Source of the DNA: Vulcanimicrobiota bacterium | GTDB taxonomy: Bacteria; Vulcanimicrobiota; Vulcanimicrobiia; Vulcanimicrobiales; Vulcanimicrobiaceae | Direction of reading: 5' to 3' | Length of the DNA: 64,000 bases | NCBI GenBank assembly: GCA_963833095.1 | Contig: CAWHWQ010000001.1 | Span: 32,001 to 96,000, forward strand | Shown here: in pieces, positions 32,888 to 42,317 of the stretch | How the letters are laid out: each line of letters opens with the position of its first letter | Position numbering within the stretch: position 1 is the first letter of the stretch | The notes under the pieces: generated by a model | Database searches by the model: none | Seen by the model: only the letters and a program-made list of their open reading frames with translations | Told to the model about the DNA's origin: nothing | Position numbers and translations under genes: made by a program

Positions 32888-32991
32888 CGATGCCTTCATC
32901 GGACTCTCGCGTCGTCATCTCGTCCCTCGATTACCGTAGGAAACTTCGGGACTCGATTCCTCGATACAGCTTAAATCAGGGCCTCGGTTGC

Positions 32992-33447
32992 TTAGGCAGC
33001 ACGCAAGGGTGATGGCCAGCGAGAATAGCGTTGGCCGCAGATCAGAGCGGCCTGCCGGATAGCCTCGAGCGGGTGGACCACCAGCGTCACGCCGTCCCGA
33101 CGGAGCGCCGCCGTCATCACGTCGTCCGGTAACCAGTGGGCAAAGAGATGCACTTCGGAGGTCTGGGCCGCGTGGGCAAGTTGGGCCAGCACCTCGGCAA
33201 GCGTGCAGCATCCCCGCTCGAGGAGCGGAGCGACCAAATCGGATTTGACCCGAGCCGCATTCCAGCCGGTGGCCAAGACCACGACCTTGGTGAGCTCGTT
33301 GCTGCTGCTGGATTCGAAGTCAACCAACGCAGCCCGAACGCTCGCGGCCAGGGCGCTGTCGGTCTGCGCGTGGAGGGTCGCGCCGGCGATGCTTGCACTC
33401 GGACCCGCGGTAAGGACCGCCCCCGAACCGATAACGTAGTCGTTCAT
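32992..33447 (-). CDS. Hypothetical protein
   Basis: 151 aa from MNDYVIG; co-oriented with neighbours; no motif recognised. Confidence 0.6.
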   Translation of the reverse strand: MNDYVIGSGAVLTAGPSASIAGATLHAQTDSALAASVRAALVDFESSSSNELTKVVVLATGWNAARVKSDLVAPLLERGCCTLAEVLAQLAHAAQTSEVHLFAHWLPDDVMTAALRRDGVTLVVHPLEAIRQAALICGQRYSRWPSPLRAA

Positions 33448-33574
33448 ACTCCGAGCTTCGCAGGGCGGAGTGCCATCTGTATGGCGCTTGCGAACTCGAC
33501 GGGAACTAAAGAGGCGCCGCATATAGCGACGCCTCTAGCCCACCACCCGGTAAGCATTTCCCCCCGCGCGGACA

Positions 33575-34561
33575 CTACGCAGAGGAAAGGTGTGTATGCG
33601 CGTGCGAGACGATCGTTACGCGTCGCGAGAACATCCCGAGCATCGCATCGATGACATCGGGATCCCACTGCGATCCGCGGCCGTCTTGCAGAACCTTGAG
33701 CGCCTGGCGAGGAGCGATCGGCTGACGATACGGCCGCTCGCTGATCATCGCGTGAAACGCATCGGCGACGGCCACGACCCGCGCTTCGAACGGAATGCTC
33801 GAACCGAAGATGCCGTCGGGATAGCCGGCGCCGTCGTACCGTTCGTGGTGCGCACGCACGATAATGGCGCAACGCTGTAACGACGGTATCTGACTAAGAA
33901 TACGCGCTCCGGCCGCCGCGTGATCGCGCATGATATCCCACTCGTCGAGTTCGAGCGGGGCAGGCTTGAGCAGCACGTGATCGGGCGTCGAAATCTTTCC
34001 AATATCGTGAAGCAGCGCGCACAGCGAGATGAATTCGCTGGCTTCGGCGTTGCAATCCATCGCGGTGGCCAAGCGGCGCGCCCATTCGGCCGTGGCCTTG
34101 GAGTGGCAGCACGTTCCGTAGTCGCGCTCGGCCAACATCGCGAGCAGTGCAGTGGTGCCCTCCATGCCGGGGCTGTCGGGGGTCTCCTCGCCATCACTGC
34201 CGAGCGCGCTACGCTCGATTTCGTTGGCGAGGACATCGAGAAAGGCCAAGAGCCGGCGCTGATCGGTTTCGTAGGCCCCCGCGGCAAGCGCGATCGTATG
34301 GGTCGCGGCGCCGGTCAAATCAACGACAGCCGCTCTGCCGAGGCGAGGGGTTTCGCGTTGCGCCCAGGTTGACAAACCGACCGGCTTGGCCAGCGTCAAC
34401 GACAAGCAGAGGCGATCCAGCAGCACCTCTAGCGCAGGCTCGATCTGGGTGCTCCCCATGAGCGAAGGCATCGTCACGTGATCGGTGGCGGAACGCGCCA
34501 ATTCCGGAATGCTCTGGCCCAATGCCGCCCCCAGGGCGGTCAACGTTCGTACGGCAGACAT
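33575..34561 (-). CDS. HD-GYP cyclic-dinucleotide phosphodiesterase with helical N-terminal domain
   Basis: LLHDIGK, HHERYDGAGYPDG, VADAFHAM..RPYR, QWDP. Confidence 0.92.
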   Translation of the reverse strand: MSAVRTLTALGAALGQSIPELARSATDHVTMPSLMGSTQIEPALEVLLDRLCLSLTLAKPVGLSTWAQRETPRLGRAAVVDLTGAATHTIALAAGAYETDQRRLLAFLDVLANEIERSALGSDGEETPDSPGMEGTTALLAMLAERDYGTCCHSKATAEWARRLATAMDCNAEASEFISLCALLHDIGKISTPDHVLLKPAPLELDEWDIMRDHAAAGARILSQIPSLQRCAIIVRAHHERYDGAGYPDGIFGSSIPFEARVVAVADAFHAMISERPYRQPIAPRQALKVLQDGRGSQWDPDVIDAMLGMFSRRVTIVSHAHTHLSSA

Positions 34562-34592
34562 GGCAAAAAAGTCCGAGCCAGTTTCGGCTGGG

Positions 34593-34658
34593 CTAATTCC
34601 CCATCGGGGGGGCGTCCGCCGCAACGATGAGGGTCGCAAGGATGAGAAGGGTCAGCAT
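34593..34658 (-). CDS. Small secreted-type peptide MLTLLILATLIVAADAPPMGN
   Basis: ATG..TAG read directly; GGAGG 13 nt upstream; hydrophobic core, VAA, polar 7-mer tail; alternative in-frame GTG at 34700. Confidence 0.55.
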   Translation of the reverse strand: MLTLLILATLIVAADAPPMGN

Positions 34659-34724
34659 GGGTGAGAACAAGCCTCCAAGCAGGTGCAGCGCTGCTATCAC
34701 GATAGCCGCTGGCCCAGGCCAAAA

Positions 34725-34748
34725 GCCCTACTGAAATTTAAGTAGGGC
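34725..34748. promoter_or_regulatory. Palindromic putative LuxR/NarL-type operator
   Basis: GCCCTACT-gaaattta-AGTAGGGC with core TACTGAA-AT-TTAAGTA (7-2-7); candidate -10 TATCGT at 34704-34699. Confidence 0.55.
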
Positions 34749-34753
34749 CGTTC

Positions 34754-37399
34754 CTACCCCTCGTTCAGGAGCCCAATTCGTCGGGCTGCGGCGATCGCTT
34801 CCGCCCTCCCATGGCACCCGAATTTATCGATGACGTTCTGGATGTGGGTCTGGACCGTATAAACCGACCGGCCCATCTCAGCGGCGATCTGCTTCGGCGT
34901 CAGTCCAGCTGCCAAGTCGCGCACAACGCGTAATTCCTGCGGAGTAAGCACGATGGCCGTCCCCGGTTCCTGTTCGCGCTGCAAGTGCGCGGCGACGTTT
35001 TCCACATAACGCGCGTATCCGCCGAAGCCGAATTGACGAATCGCCTCGATCGTTTCGTCGATTCCGTCGGGCGCATAGGACGGGCTCTTGGCAGCCCGCG
35101 CCAGCTCCTCGACGGCTTTGCGCATGCACGGCCCCGCCTCGTGTTGGCCGTGGTTTCTTCGCTTGAGCAAACGCGCAGCAGAGGTATGGCGTCCTGCGAC
35201 GATTTCGGCAAGCACGAGAATGGCCAAGGCAAAATCCAAAATCACGGCACCGGAGTACTGCTCCGGCGCAGCGATGTCGTCCACGAGACTCAAGGTCGTG
35301 GTGACCAAGGCGCCGCTTTCCTTGAAACGGCCGTCGAGCGCCAGAGCCAGCGCGCAGCTCGCCCGTACGATCGCACGGTCGGGGATGTGAGCTTGGCGAT
35401 CGATCACGCTTCCGAAGAGCCGGTGCGCATCCGCATAGTTGCCCACCCACGCATGCCGGTGCGCCTGACTGGATGCAAGGTATGTGCTCAGAGCCAGCGC
35501 GTCGCGAGGCGTAAGCTCCGCGAGCTGCTTCTCAATCTGGACAGCACGATCGGCATTTCCGCGGCGCGTTTCGAGACTGAGCATGAGCACCAGGGCGTTT
35601 TGAAGGTCCACGTAATCGCCGGCTCGCGTCGCGGCGGTCGCCGCCTGCTGCGCAAACCAGAGGCTCTGCGCCGAATCGCTTTCGCCAAACAGTGTCAGGA
35701 GTGACAGATTCCGGAATGAACGCGACGCGATGCTCCACAACGCGATCCTCGATCCGAGTTCGGCTGCCTCGGACAGCCGTTGACGCCCTCTTTCGATCTC
35801 GCCGACGTTGACGTGCGCTACGCCAATACGAAAGGCGATGCGCGCGAGCCATTCATCATTCTCAACGAGCGCGCTTTGAGCTTCGGCGGAATCGATGAGT
35901 CTGCGCGCCTCGGCCATATCCCCGGATCTGGCACGCCATTGCGCTAAGAGCGCTTCACCCTCCGCCCGGATCGGTCTGGGCAACGCCGGCTCTGAGAGCA
36001 AGTCCGACAAGAGATCCATGGCGTTCGCTTCAATGTTCGTGCGGTGTACTGCGAGACGAAGCATCAACTGCCCGCGCAATTCGGTCGATTCGATTGAGCG
36101 CGTGGAACGCGCAATCTTGCGCTCGCCTTCGTCGTATCTGCCGCGCGCGAGATCCAGAAGCCCGCGCAGCCCGGTGACGACGGCGTTTTTCTCGAACGCA
36201 TTCCCCAGCGACGCCGCGGTCAGCGACTCGAGCTCGTCGGCAAATCCGCTATCTAGTAATCGAATGCCGTGGGCGGCGAGCAGCCTCAGGGCGTCGTTCG
36301 GCGAATGCGAATCGACGTACAAGCGCAGCGCTTGCGTGACGTTGCCCCGCTGTTCAAGAATTTGGCCGAGCGTCGAGAGCCGGTCGCGCTGCACGCCACT
36401 GCCGCGCAATTCAATTTGGTGGCGTACGAAATCGCGGAAGAGGTCGTGCAGCCGATAGCGTCCCGGTTCGTACTCGTGAATGAACGCGACACGGGCGCGT
36501 AGATCCTCAATCAATGCCGCCGCGCGATCGAATCCGGCAGCGACCATCACGTCGAGATCGATCTCCGGAAGCAAAGCAGCGGTCTCGATAAAGTTCTGTT
36601 CCTCGCCGCTGAGCGTTTGGTACACTTGCTCGGCGAGATAGCGATAGATCATCTCGCGCGTCATCGACGAGATGTTGCGCAGATCGACTGAGCGTGTCGA
36701 CGAGCGCAGCGCGAAGGTCATCGCCGTCGCCCATCCATCGGTGAGCTGCAGGAGCTCGACTAATTCCTCATCGCGCACGCCCAAGCGGAAGGTGCGCGCG
36801 GCCTCTTTAGCTTCTTCGACCGAGAACTTCAGATCGTGTTCGTCGATCGCGAGGTCGCTTTCGCCGTAGGCGAGCCACGTGCCGATCGGTAAGCCGCTGG
36901 TTGCACGCGAGGCGATGATCCACTGCACCCGACCCTTGGTGCGTTCGATTAGCGACGTGACAAATCGCGCGACTTCGCGATCGCCCTGCGCGACGTGCAA
37001 ATCGTCGATCGCGATCACGCCGCGATACGAGCGCAAATGCGAATGCATCCACAGCGCCAGATCCGCGCCCGGCGACTGCGCTCCGGCATTCTTTTCGTAC
37101 GCGCCGGCCAGCGTTCCGCGCGCGTCGGGGGCGATCTCTACGACCGCGTCGGCGAACCCGCGAAGAAATCCGAGTAGCCCGGCGTTTTCAGACAATACGT
37201 CGTAACGAACGTGGGGCTCAGCGAGCGTATCGAGATAATGACGCAGGGCTACGGATTTTCCGTACCCCGCGGGAGCCACGATCAACACGACGCGCTGCAT
37301 CGCAGCAGAGGCGATCCGCTCGATGATGCGCCGCCGGATGATCGGAACGAAAACCCCGCCGGTCTCGATTTTTCCGTCGGGGCGAACGGGTCGAATCAT
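34754..37399 (-). CDS. MalT-like STAND ATPase with helical sensor region and C-terminal LuxR HTH
   Basis: APAGYGKS, IAIDDLH, GW motif, YRLHDLFRDF, LTPQE..GLTPKQIAAEMGRSVYTVQTH. Confidence 0.92.
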   Translation of the reverse strand: MIRPVRPDGKIETGGVFVPIIRRRIIERIASAAMQRVVLIVAPAGYGKSVALRHYLDTLAEPHVRYDVLSENAGLLGFLRGFADAVVEIAPDARGTLAGAYEKNAGAQSPGADLALWMHSHLRSYRGVIAIDDLHVAQGDREVARFVTSLIERTKGRVQWIIASRATSGLPIGTWLAYGESDLAIDEHDLKFSVEEAKEAARTFRLGVRDEELVELLQLTDGWATAMTFALRSSTRSVDLRNISSMTREMIYRYLAEQVYQTLSGEEQNFIETAALLPEIDLDVMVAAGFDRAAALIEDLRARVAFIHEYEPGRYRLHDLFRDFVRHQIELRGSGVQRDRLSTLGQILEQRGNVTQALRLYVDSHSPNDALRLLAAHGIRLLDSGFADELESLTAASLGNAFEKNAVVTGLRGLLDLARGRYDEGERKIARSTRSIESTELRGQLMLRLAVHRTNIEANAMDLLSDLLSEPALPRPIRAEGEALLAQWRARSGDMAEARRLIDSAEAQSALVENDEWLARIAFRIGVAHVNVGEIERGRQRLSEAAELGSRIALWSIASRSFRNLSLLTLFGESDSAQSLWFAQQAATAATRAGDYVDLQNALVLMLSLETRRGNADRAVQIEKQLAELTPRDALALSTYLASSQAHRHAWVGNYADAHRLFGSVIDRQAHIPDRAIVRASCALALALDGRFKESGALVTTTLSLVDDIAAPEQYSGAVILDFALAILVLAEIVAGRHTSAARLLKRRNHGQHEAGPCMRKAVEELARAAKSPSYAPDGIDETIEAIRQFGFGGYARYVENVAAHLQREQEPGTAIVLTPQELRVVRDLAAGLTPKQIAAEMGRSVYTVQTHIQNVIDKFGCHGRAEAIAAARRIGLLNEG

Positions 37400-37415
37400 G
37401 TGCTCCTAGGCGCCT

Positions 37416-37739
37416 TCAGCCAGGGGAAGCTCGGTACTCTTCCTGTCCCTCATAATACCCCAACAGCAGCTCTTCGACATAGAGCAGATGCAGATCGCGG
37501 TCAAGCTTCGAATAAGCCGCTGCGTTTTCGGCACGAAACCCGTCCCAATCAGCCTTGGAATTCCAAACATCCATGCAGAGATAGACTCCCGTCTCCGCCC
37601 GATGCCGAAACAGCCGCGTCCGCCGGTAACCGGGATGGCTTGAAAAAAGGGCGACCCAGGGGCCTGCGGGGCCATAGGCATGCTCGAACGCGCGAACCTG
37701 CGCGGGATGAACCCGGTAGCGGTAGAGCACTTCGATCAT
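37416..37739 (-). CDS. Antibiotic biosynthesis monooxygenase-like (ABM) protein
   Basis: FEHAYG..W..LF..HPGY, YLCMDVWNS pattern. Confidence 0.65.
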   Translation of the reverse strand: MIEVLYRYRVHPAQVRAFEHAYGPAGPWVALFSSHPGYRRTRLFRHRAETGVYLCMDVWNSKADWDGFRAENAAAYSKLDRDLHLLYVEELLLGYYEGQEEYRASPG

Positions 37740-38335
37740 CGTCGAAGGTCGAACTTTGCGGGCAACGGCACGTCCCCTTTGCCGATGGTCCGGCTGACAT
37801 CATACGCAATGAGATCACCCAGCGCGTCGAGCCGTGCCGCCAGCCACGTGTGTTGAGCCGGACACGTGATTTCCCCGAGCTCGAGCACCAGGGCTCCATC
37901 CTGCGCATCGACCTGCCGGAAGGCATAATAGTCGTGCAATCCCACCGTGAAATTGTCCGGCATGAAACGAAACGGAAAGAGCGGTGCGTAAAGCGCGCGC
38001 CAGAGCTCCGCGGCGTTGCGATCGGCGAGGCGATGATAGCCGATCGATGCGCCGCTGGTGCACGCCGGAACGGCGCCGTCAAAATGAATGAAGATGGCCA
38101 TTCCGACTGCATAGCGACCGTCGAAATCGGCCGGCTCACGAATCACGTGAAGTCCGTGCGCGCGCAGGACGCGCGTTGCTTCGTCGGCGACCACCGGGGT
38201 CCAATCACGCTCGCCGGACGCGCCTAGGTTGCATGCACGCGTTGGAAAACTCGCGCAAGACGCCGGACGCCCTTCATGGCCTGCCGAGATCAAGACATCG
38301 GCATGGACGAGCGCCGCGAAAACCAGCTCCAGCAT
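37736..38335 (-). CDS. N-acetylmuramoyl-L-alanine amidase-like (Amidase_3 fold) protein
   Basis: ISAGHEG, GERDW, FIHFDG, VLELG correspond to the Zn ligands and catalytic Glu. Confidence 0.7.
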   Translation of the reverse strand: MLELVFAALVHADVLISAGHEGRPASCASFPTRACNLGASGERDWTPVVADEATRVLRAHGLHVIREPADFDGRYAVGMAIFIHFDGAVPACTSGASIGYHRLADRNAAELWRALYAPLFPFRFMPDNFTVGLHDYYAFRQVDAQDGALVLELGEITCPAQHTWLAARLDALGDLIAYDVSRTIGKGDVPLPAKFDLRR

Positions 38336-41175
38336 TATGAGCCCGCGACCAGCGCGGAGAGCGTCGCCGAGGGTTCGACCTGCAGTTCGCTCCTGAGCAC
38401 TTCGCGATATTGCCGATAGGTGCGCAGCGCTGCCGCGCGATCACCGACCGCGAGATGCGCACGAATTGCGACTTCGCGTGCCGGCTCGTCACACGGATCG
38501 CAAGCGATCACATCGCCGGCAAAGGCAAGGGCGGCATCAGGATCGCCGCGCTCAAGTGCGTCCGCCGCCAATCGGTGCGCAATCCCCGTGCGCAGGTCAT
38601 CCATGCGCTGCGCTACCGGAGCGAACCACTCCCAGCGTTCGAGCGCACCTGCGCGTTCTTCACGCAAACGTTCCCAGGCGCGTCCAAGAGCTGCGCGGTC
38701 GCCTTCGCGTAGCCGGTCGCGCGAACGTAGCGCCAAGGCGGCGCGATCGATCTCCCATACGTCGACGAACGCGTCGGCATGCAGCCGATATCCGTCGGCT
38801 TCGCGTTCCACTGCGTCCTCGCGCCCAAGATGCCCGCGTAAACGGTGCAGACAAACGCTCAGCGCATTGCGCGCGGCAAAATCGTCGAGATCCGGCCAAA
38901 GCATTGCCGCCAGGCGCCCACGCAGTGTCGGCTCGCGGCGCTGCGCGATCGCTGCGAGCAGTTCGAGTTCGCGCCCCGACACACGCGCTAGCGTGCCGTC
39001 CACACGCACGCGCCCACCGAGAATCTCAAGTGCGAGCGGCGCCGCTTCGCTGCGGTCGCGCGTGATCTGCGCGACGAAATTCGAGAGCATTCCAACGTTC
39101 TCGTGCTGGTTGGCAAACGCGCCCACCGCGTGAACGAACGCTGGTGCGTCACAGTGCGCAGCGGCCTCTTTCGCGCGCGCGGATGCCGCATCGAACGCGG
39201 TGGGATCGCACAGCGCCAGGGCTATACCCGCCAACGCTTCAACAAACGGCATATGCACCTGGCCGGCCAACTCGAGCGCCGAGTTCGCAAGCGCGGTGCG
39301 TTCCTCGTCGTCGCGCGAGCGCGAGAGAGCGATCAGCCGGCCAAACACGACGAATTTCGGGATGTCGGCGGCGCAGGGTTGTACGCTGTGCCCGCGCGCC
39401 GCTGCGGCGAGATAGGCAAAGCCGGCAACGCCGCCGCGCGTCACGAGGCCTTCGAGCTCCGCGGCGATCGCGTTAAACGCCGGCCGGTCACCCGAAAACC
39501 ACGCGGCGATGAGCGATTCGGCAGTATCGAACGCCATGAAATTGGGCAACCCTGACTGTATTGCGCGCTCGTGCGCGCGGGCCAAGAACTGACGCTCGAG
39601 CGACCATTCCCCACGCACGCGCGCGATGTCGGCACCTAACGCCAGATACGTCCCCGACGCGACGACGTGCATTTGATCGATCAGCGGAAGCGCAGCATTG
39701 AGGTCCCTCTCACCGAGATCGAAATGACCGCTACGCGCGCGCAAGATTCCGCGTAGATACAAGACATGGCCATCAAGCATGGTCGCGGGCGGATCGGAAA
39801 ATCCGATCTGCCCTTCAAAATCCGCAATTGCGACGAGCGCTTCGTCGAGCTTGCCCACGTAGCTCATCAGCAAGATGCGAAAAACGAAGACGTAGTAACG
39901 CTCCATCGGCGTTGCGTTACGGGCGAGAGTCCTCCACACCGTTTCGGCCTCGTCGAGCAGCGCTGAGCTATCGACGCAGAAGATGCGCATCAACGCGGTG
40001 ACGCCCCACAAACGTGGATACCGCGCAACGATCGCCCGGTCTAGACCTGAGAGAACCTGCGCGTAGCGCATCGACGGAGCCGGCTCGCGCACCACTTCAA
40101 GCGAGCCAAGCGCACGCGCCGCAGCGTGTTGATCGCCGCGGGCGATATGCAGCTCTGCCGCGCGTTGAAAATTACCGCGACCTTCTTGCGTTTGCGCCAG
40201 CCGCAAAAGCAACGCATCACGCCGGTCCTGCGCATGCTCGAGCAAAAGTGCGCAAAGTAGCGGGTGCAGTGAAAATGAACCGTTCTCCCCGCGCTCGATG
40301 AAGGCGGCGTCCCGGGCAAATTCGCTCACATCGTCAACGATCGATGGATCGTCGAGGGCGGCGCGCAAGTCGTCCGCAGTCGCCTGCGGAATTGCAGCGC
40401 AAGCGAAGAGCGCGTCGAGCATGCGGCGATTCAACCCGGCGAGCACCTCGTCGGCGAGATAGTCGTGCAATTCGTCAAAAGCAACGTCGTCGAGTCGCTC
40501 CAGCAGTTGGTCGATCCGCCCTTCGCTTGCGAATCGCCTCAAAAGGAATACGGCGACCGGCCATCCTTGCGAGACCCTAAAGATGCGCTCGATCGAGCTG
40601 TCCTCGATCGTAAGCGGCGCAAAAATTTCGCGAATGTCGGCTGGGTTGAATGCAAGGTCGCCGGCACGTAACGTGACGATTTCGTGGGGCACCGCGTATT
40701 TCGTCAGGTGCCCGCGCAGTGGCTCGCGCGAGCAAATGACCACGGTTCGTCCGGCAGGCCGAGCCACGAGGAGCCGTGCGAAAAGTTCGCGGGCGCCCGG
40801 AGCGTCCGCCAGACGCTCGACGCCTTCGAAGACGATGCAGCCTTGGGCGGGTTCGCGCCAAACGTCGAGCGCCAGCGACACGCGCTCTGCGACGCTGGTG
40901 CCGCCATCGCCAAGCATCAACTCGCGTTGCGTCAGGTCGCGTTCGCGACCCGGATTTTCGCCGGCGAGAGCCGGGATGAGGCAGCGCGCCAAATCGAGCT
41001 CGTCTCGGACGTTCGCGCAATCGCAAACCGCGCCGCTCCCGCGCTCGGCGAGAAATTGCTGCACCAGCGTCGATTTGCCAAAGCCCGCCGGGGCGACGAT
41101 CGCAACCAGCCGGGCATCCACCTTGCGCAGCCGTTCAAGAAGCCGGTCGCGCCGGAGCGAGCCGCCCACCACCAT
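38335..41175 (-). CDS. MalT-like STAND ATPase with C-terminal wHTH-BTAD (SARP-type) output
   Basis: APAGFGKS, QGWP, MLWPD..ARNALSVCLHRLR, DPCDE, ELQVEPS. Confidence 0.9.
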   Translation of the reverse strand: MVVGGSLRRDRLLERLRKVDARLVAIVAPAGFGKSTLVQQFLAERGSGAVCDCANVRDELDLARCLIPALAGENPGRERDLTQRELMLGDGGTSVAERVSLALDVWREPAQGCIVFEGVERLADAPGARELFARLLVARPAGRTVVICSREPLRGHLTKYAVPHEIVTLRAGDLAFNPADIREIFAPLTIEDSSIERIFRVSQGWPVAVFLLRRFASEGRIDQLLERLDDVAFDELHDYLADEVLAGLNRRMLDALFACAAIPQATADDLRAALDDPSIVDDVSEFARDAAFIERGENGSFSLHPLLCALLLEHAQDRRDALLLRLAQTQEGRGNFQRAAELHIARGDQHAAARALGSLEVVREPAPSMRYAQVLSGLDRAIVARYPRLWGVTALMRIFCVDSSALLDEAETVWRTLARNATPMERYYVFVFRILLMSYVGKLDEALVAIADFEGQIGFSDPPATMLDGHVLYLRGILRARSGHFDLGERDLNAALPLIDQMHVVASGTYLALGADIARVRGEWSLERQFLARAHERAIQSGLPNFMAFDTAESLIAAWFSGDRPAFNAIAAELEGLVTRGGVAGFAYLAAAARGHSVQPCAADIPKFVVFGRLIALSRSRDDEERTALANSALELAGQVHMPFVEALAGIALALCDPTAFDAASARAKEAAAHCDAPAFVHAVGAFANQHENVGMLSNFVAQITRDRSEAAPLALEILGGRVRVDGTLARVSGRELELLAAIAQRREPTLRGRLAAMLWPDLDDFAARNALSVCLHRLRGHLGREDAVEREADGYRLHADAFVDVWEIDRAALALRSRDRLREGDRAALGRAWERLREERAGALERWEWFAPVAQRMDDLRTGIAHRLAADALERGDPDAALAFAGDVIACDPCDEPAREVAIRAHLAVGDRAAALRTYRQYREVLRSELQVEPSATLSALVAGS

Positions 41176-41180
41176 CTTCC

Positions 41181-41220
41181 TGTAATCGGTTTGTAATCAC
41201 CGTGTAATTAGTCCGTAAGT
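41181..41220. promoter_or_regulatory. Direct repeats at 11-bp period (putative SARP/wHTH site)
   Basis: TGTAAT at 41181, 41192, 41203 and CGTAAG at 41214; TACGAT -10 candidate at 41241. Confidence 0.65.
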
Positions 41221-41280
41221 CCCGGGAAAGCACGCACGGCTACGATGGCGGGGCCAGCCGAGCCAACGGAAAGGCAACCA

Positions 41281-41772
41281 ATGACCGTCGTTACTCAGCC
41301 CACAAGCGTTCTCGTGGTTGGTCCAGAAGCGTCGGTTCGCACCGCCATCGCGCGCCTGCTCTCTTTAGAGAGTAGCGTTCGCGTCGCCGGGACTGCGCCG
41401 AGCATGGCGCAAGCCACCGGTATCGATGCCGATGTGATCATCGACGAGACCCTCTTACACGAGCTCAAGGACGTTTCGATCGCCGACTTCATCACCATGG
41501 TGAAGGCCCTGCCACCGGCCGCCCCGTCTTTTGCGCCCCCTCGCCACCTTCACCCCCTTACCGGTAGCCGGGACATGCGCGCGGCCCTTTCGGACCGCGA
41601 ACTCCAGGTCGTGCGGCTGGTGGCCGAAGGGCTCTCGAACAAGCAAATCAGCATCCGGCTGGAGCTCTCGGATAAGACCGTCAAGAACCACATCTCGCAT
41701 ATCCTCGCCAAGCTGAACCTTTCAGCTCGCACGCAAGTAGCGGTGCACGCGTTGCGTGCCGGCTTGGTCTAA
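41281..41772 (+). CDS. LuxR-family regulator with truncated receiver domain
   Basis: LSDRELQVVRLVAEGLSNKQI..LSDKTVKNH; GAAAGG RBS. Confidence 0.88.
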   Translation: MTVVTQPTSVLVVGPEASVRTAIARLLSLESSVRVAGTAPSMAQATGIDADVIIDETLLHELKDVSIADFITMVKALPPAAPSFAPPRHLHPLTGSRDMRAALSDRELQVVRLVAEGLSNKQISIRLELSDKTVKNHISHILAKLNLSARTQVAVHALRAGLV

Positions 41773-42252
41773 ACGTAGCGCGGCTCCGCGCGAGAAGTCG
41801 TAAACGAGGACGCCGTCGACCGGCGTCTTCGCTGCTGTTTGCACCGCCGAATGAATCCGCTGTAAGAGCGAAAGCCTCCGCCCGTCGCGCGGCAGCCGCC
41901 GAAACACAACGCCATACAGGCGGCCCCGCCGGTTGCGAACCACGATGTCGAAGGGCGCTGCGCGCAAACCGGCGGCAACGAGATCGACGCGGCGCAACGC
42001 GCGTAGCCGGGCCGCGAGTCGCCCGTCAACAAATGCACGCAACTCCCGCGCGATCCGATCGCGCTCGGAGAAAAGCAGCGCACGACGCACATTCCCGAGC
42101 CGGCTTGTAACCGCCGACTCGAAAACGACCAACGCCCGATCGACCAGCGTACGCGGTGTCATGCGCTGCTCGGCAAGGCAAGTCAGAATCGCGGCGCGCA
42201 TCGCGCGCTCAGCAAGGCGAGGAAGGCGTTCGGCGGCGAGCAGTGCGTCCAT
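41722..42252 (-). CDS. Hypothetical protein (possible degenerate PD-(D/E)XK fold)
   Basis: AAGGA RBS; PFDIVVR..YGVVFR..GVLVYDF pattern; overlaps the LuxR 3' end. Confidence 0.5.
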   Translation of the reverse strand: MDALLAAERLPRLAERAMRAAILTCLAEQRMTPRTLVDRALVVFESAVTSRLGNVRRALLFSERDRIARELRAFVDGRLAARLRALRRVDLVAAGLRAAPFDIVVRNRRGRLYGVVFRRLPRDGRRLSLLQRIHSAVQTAAKTPVDGVLVYDFSRGAALRLDQAGTQRVHRYLRAS

Positions 42253-42317
42253 GTCCTTGGCATCGTGGGCTACCGCGATGCCAGGCGCATGGCACGATCG
42301 TGTCGGAACATGGCCTC

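Noticed and set aside
34540..34722. 60-aa ORF MAWASGY... and the TTG-extended HD-GYP start at 34639
   Set aside because: No RBS or protein-like composition; the third frame gives the more coherent hydrophobic peptide
41181..41220. Short repeats as a CRISPR array or iterons
   Set aside because: Units are 6 bp with 5-bp spacers; no cas or rep gene is present
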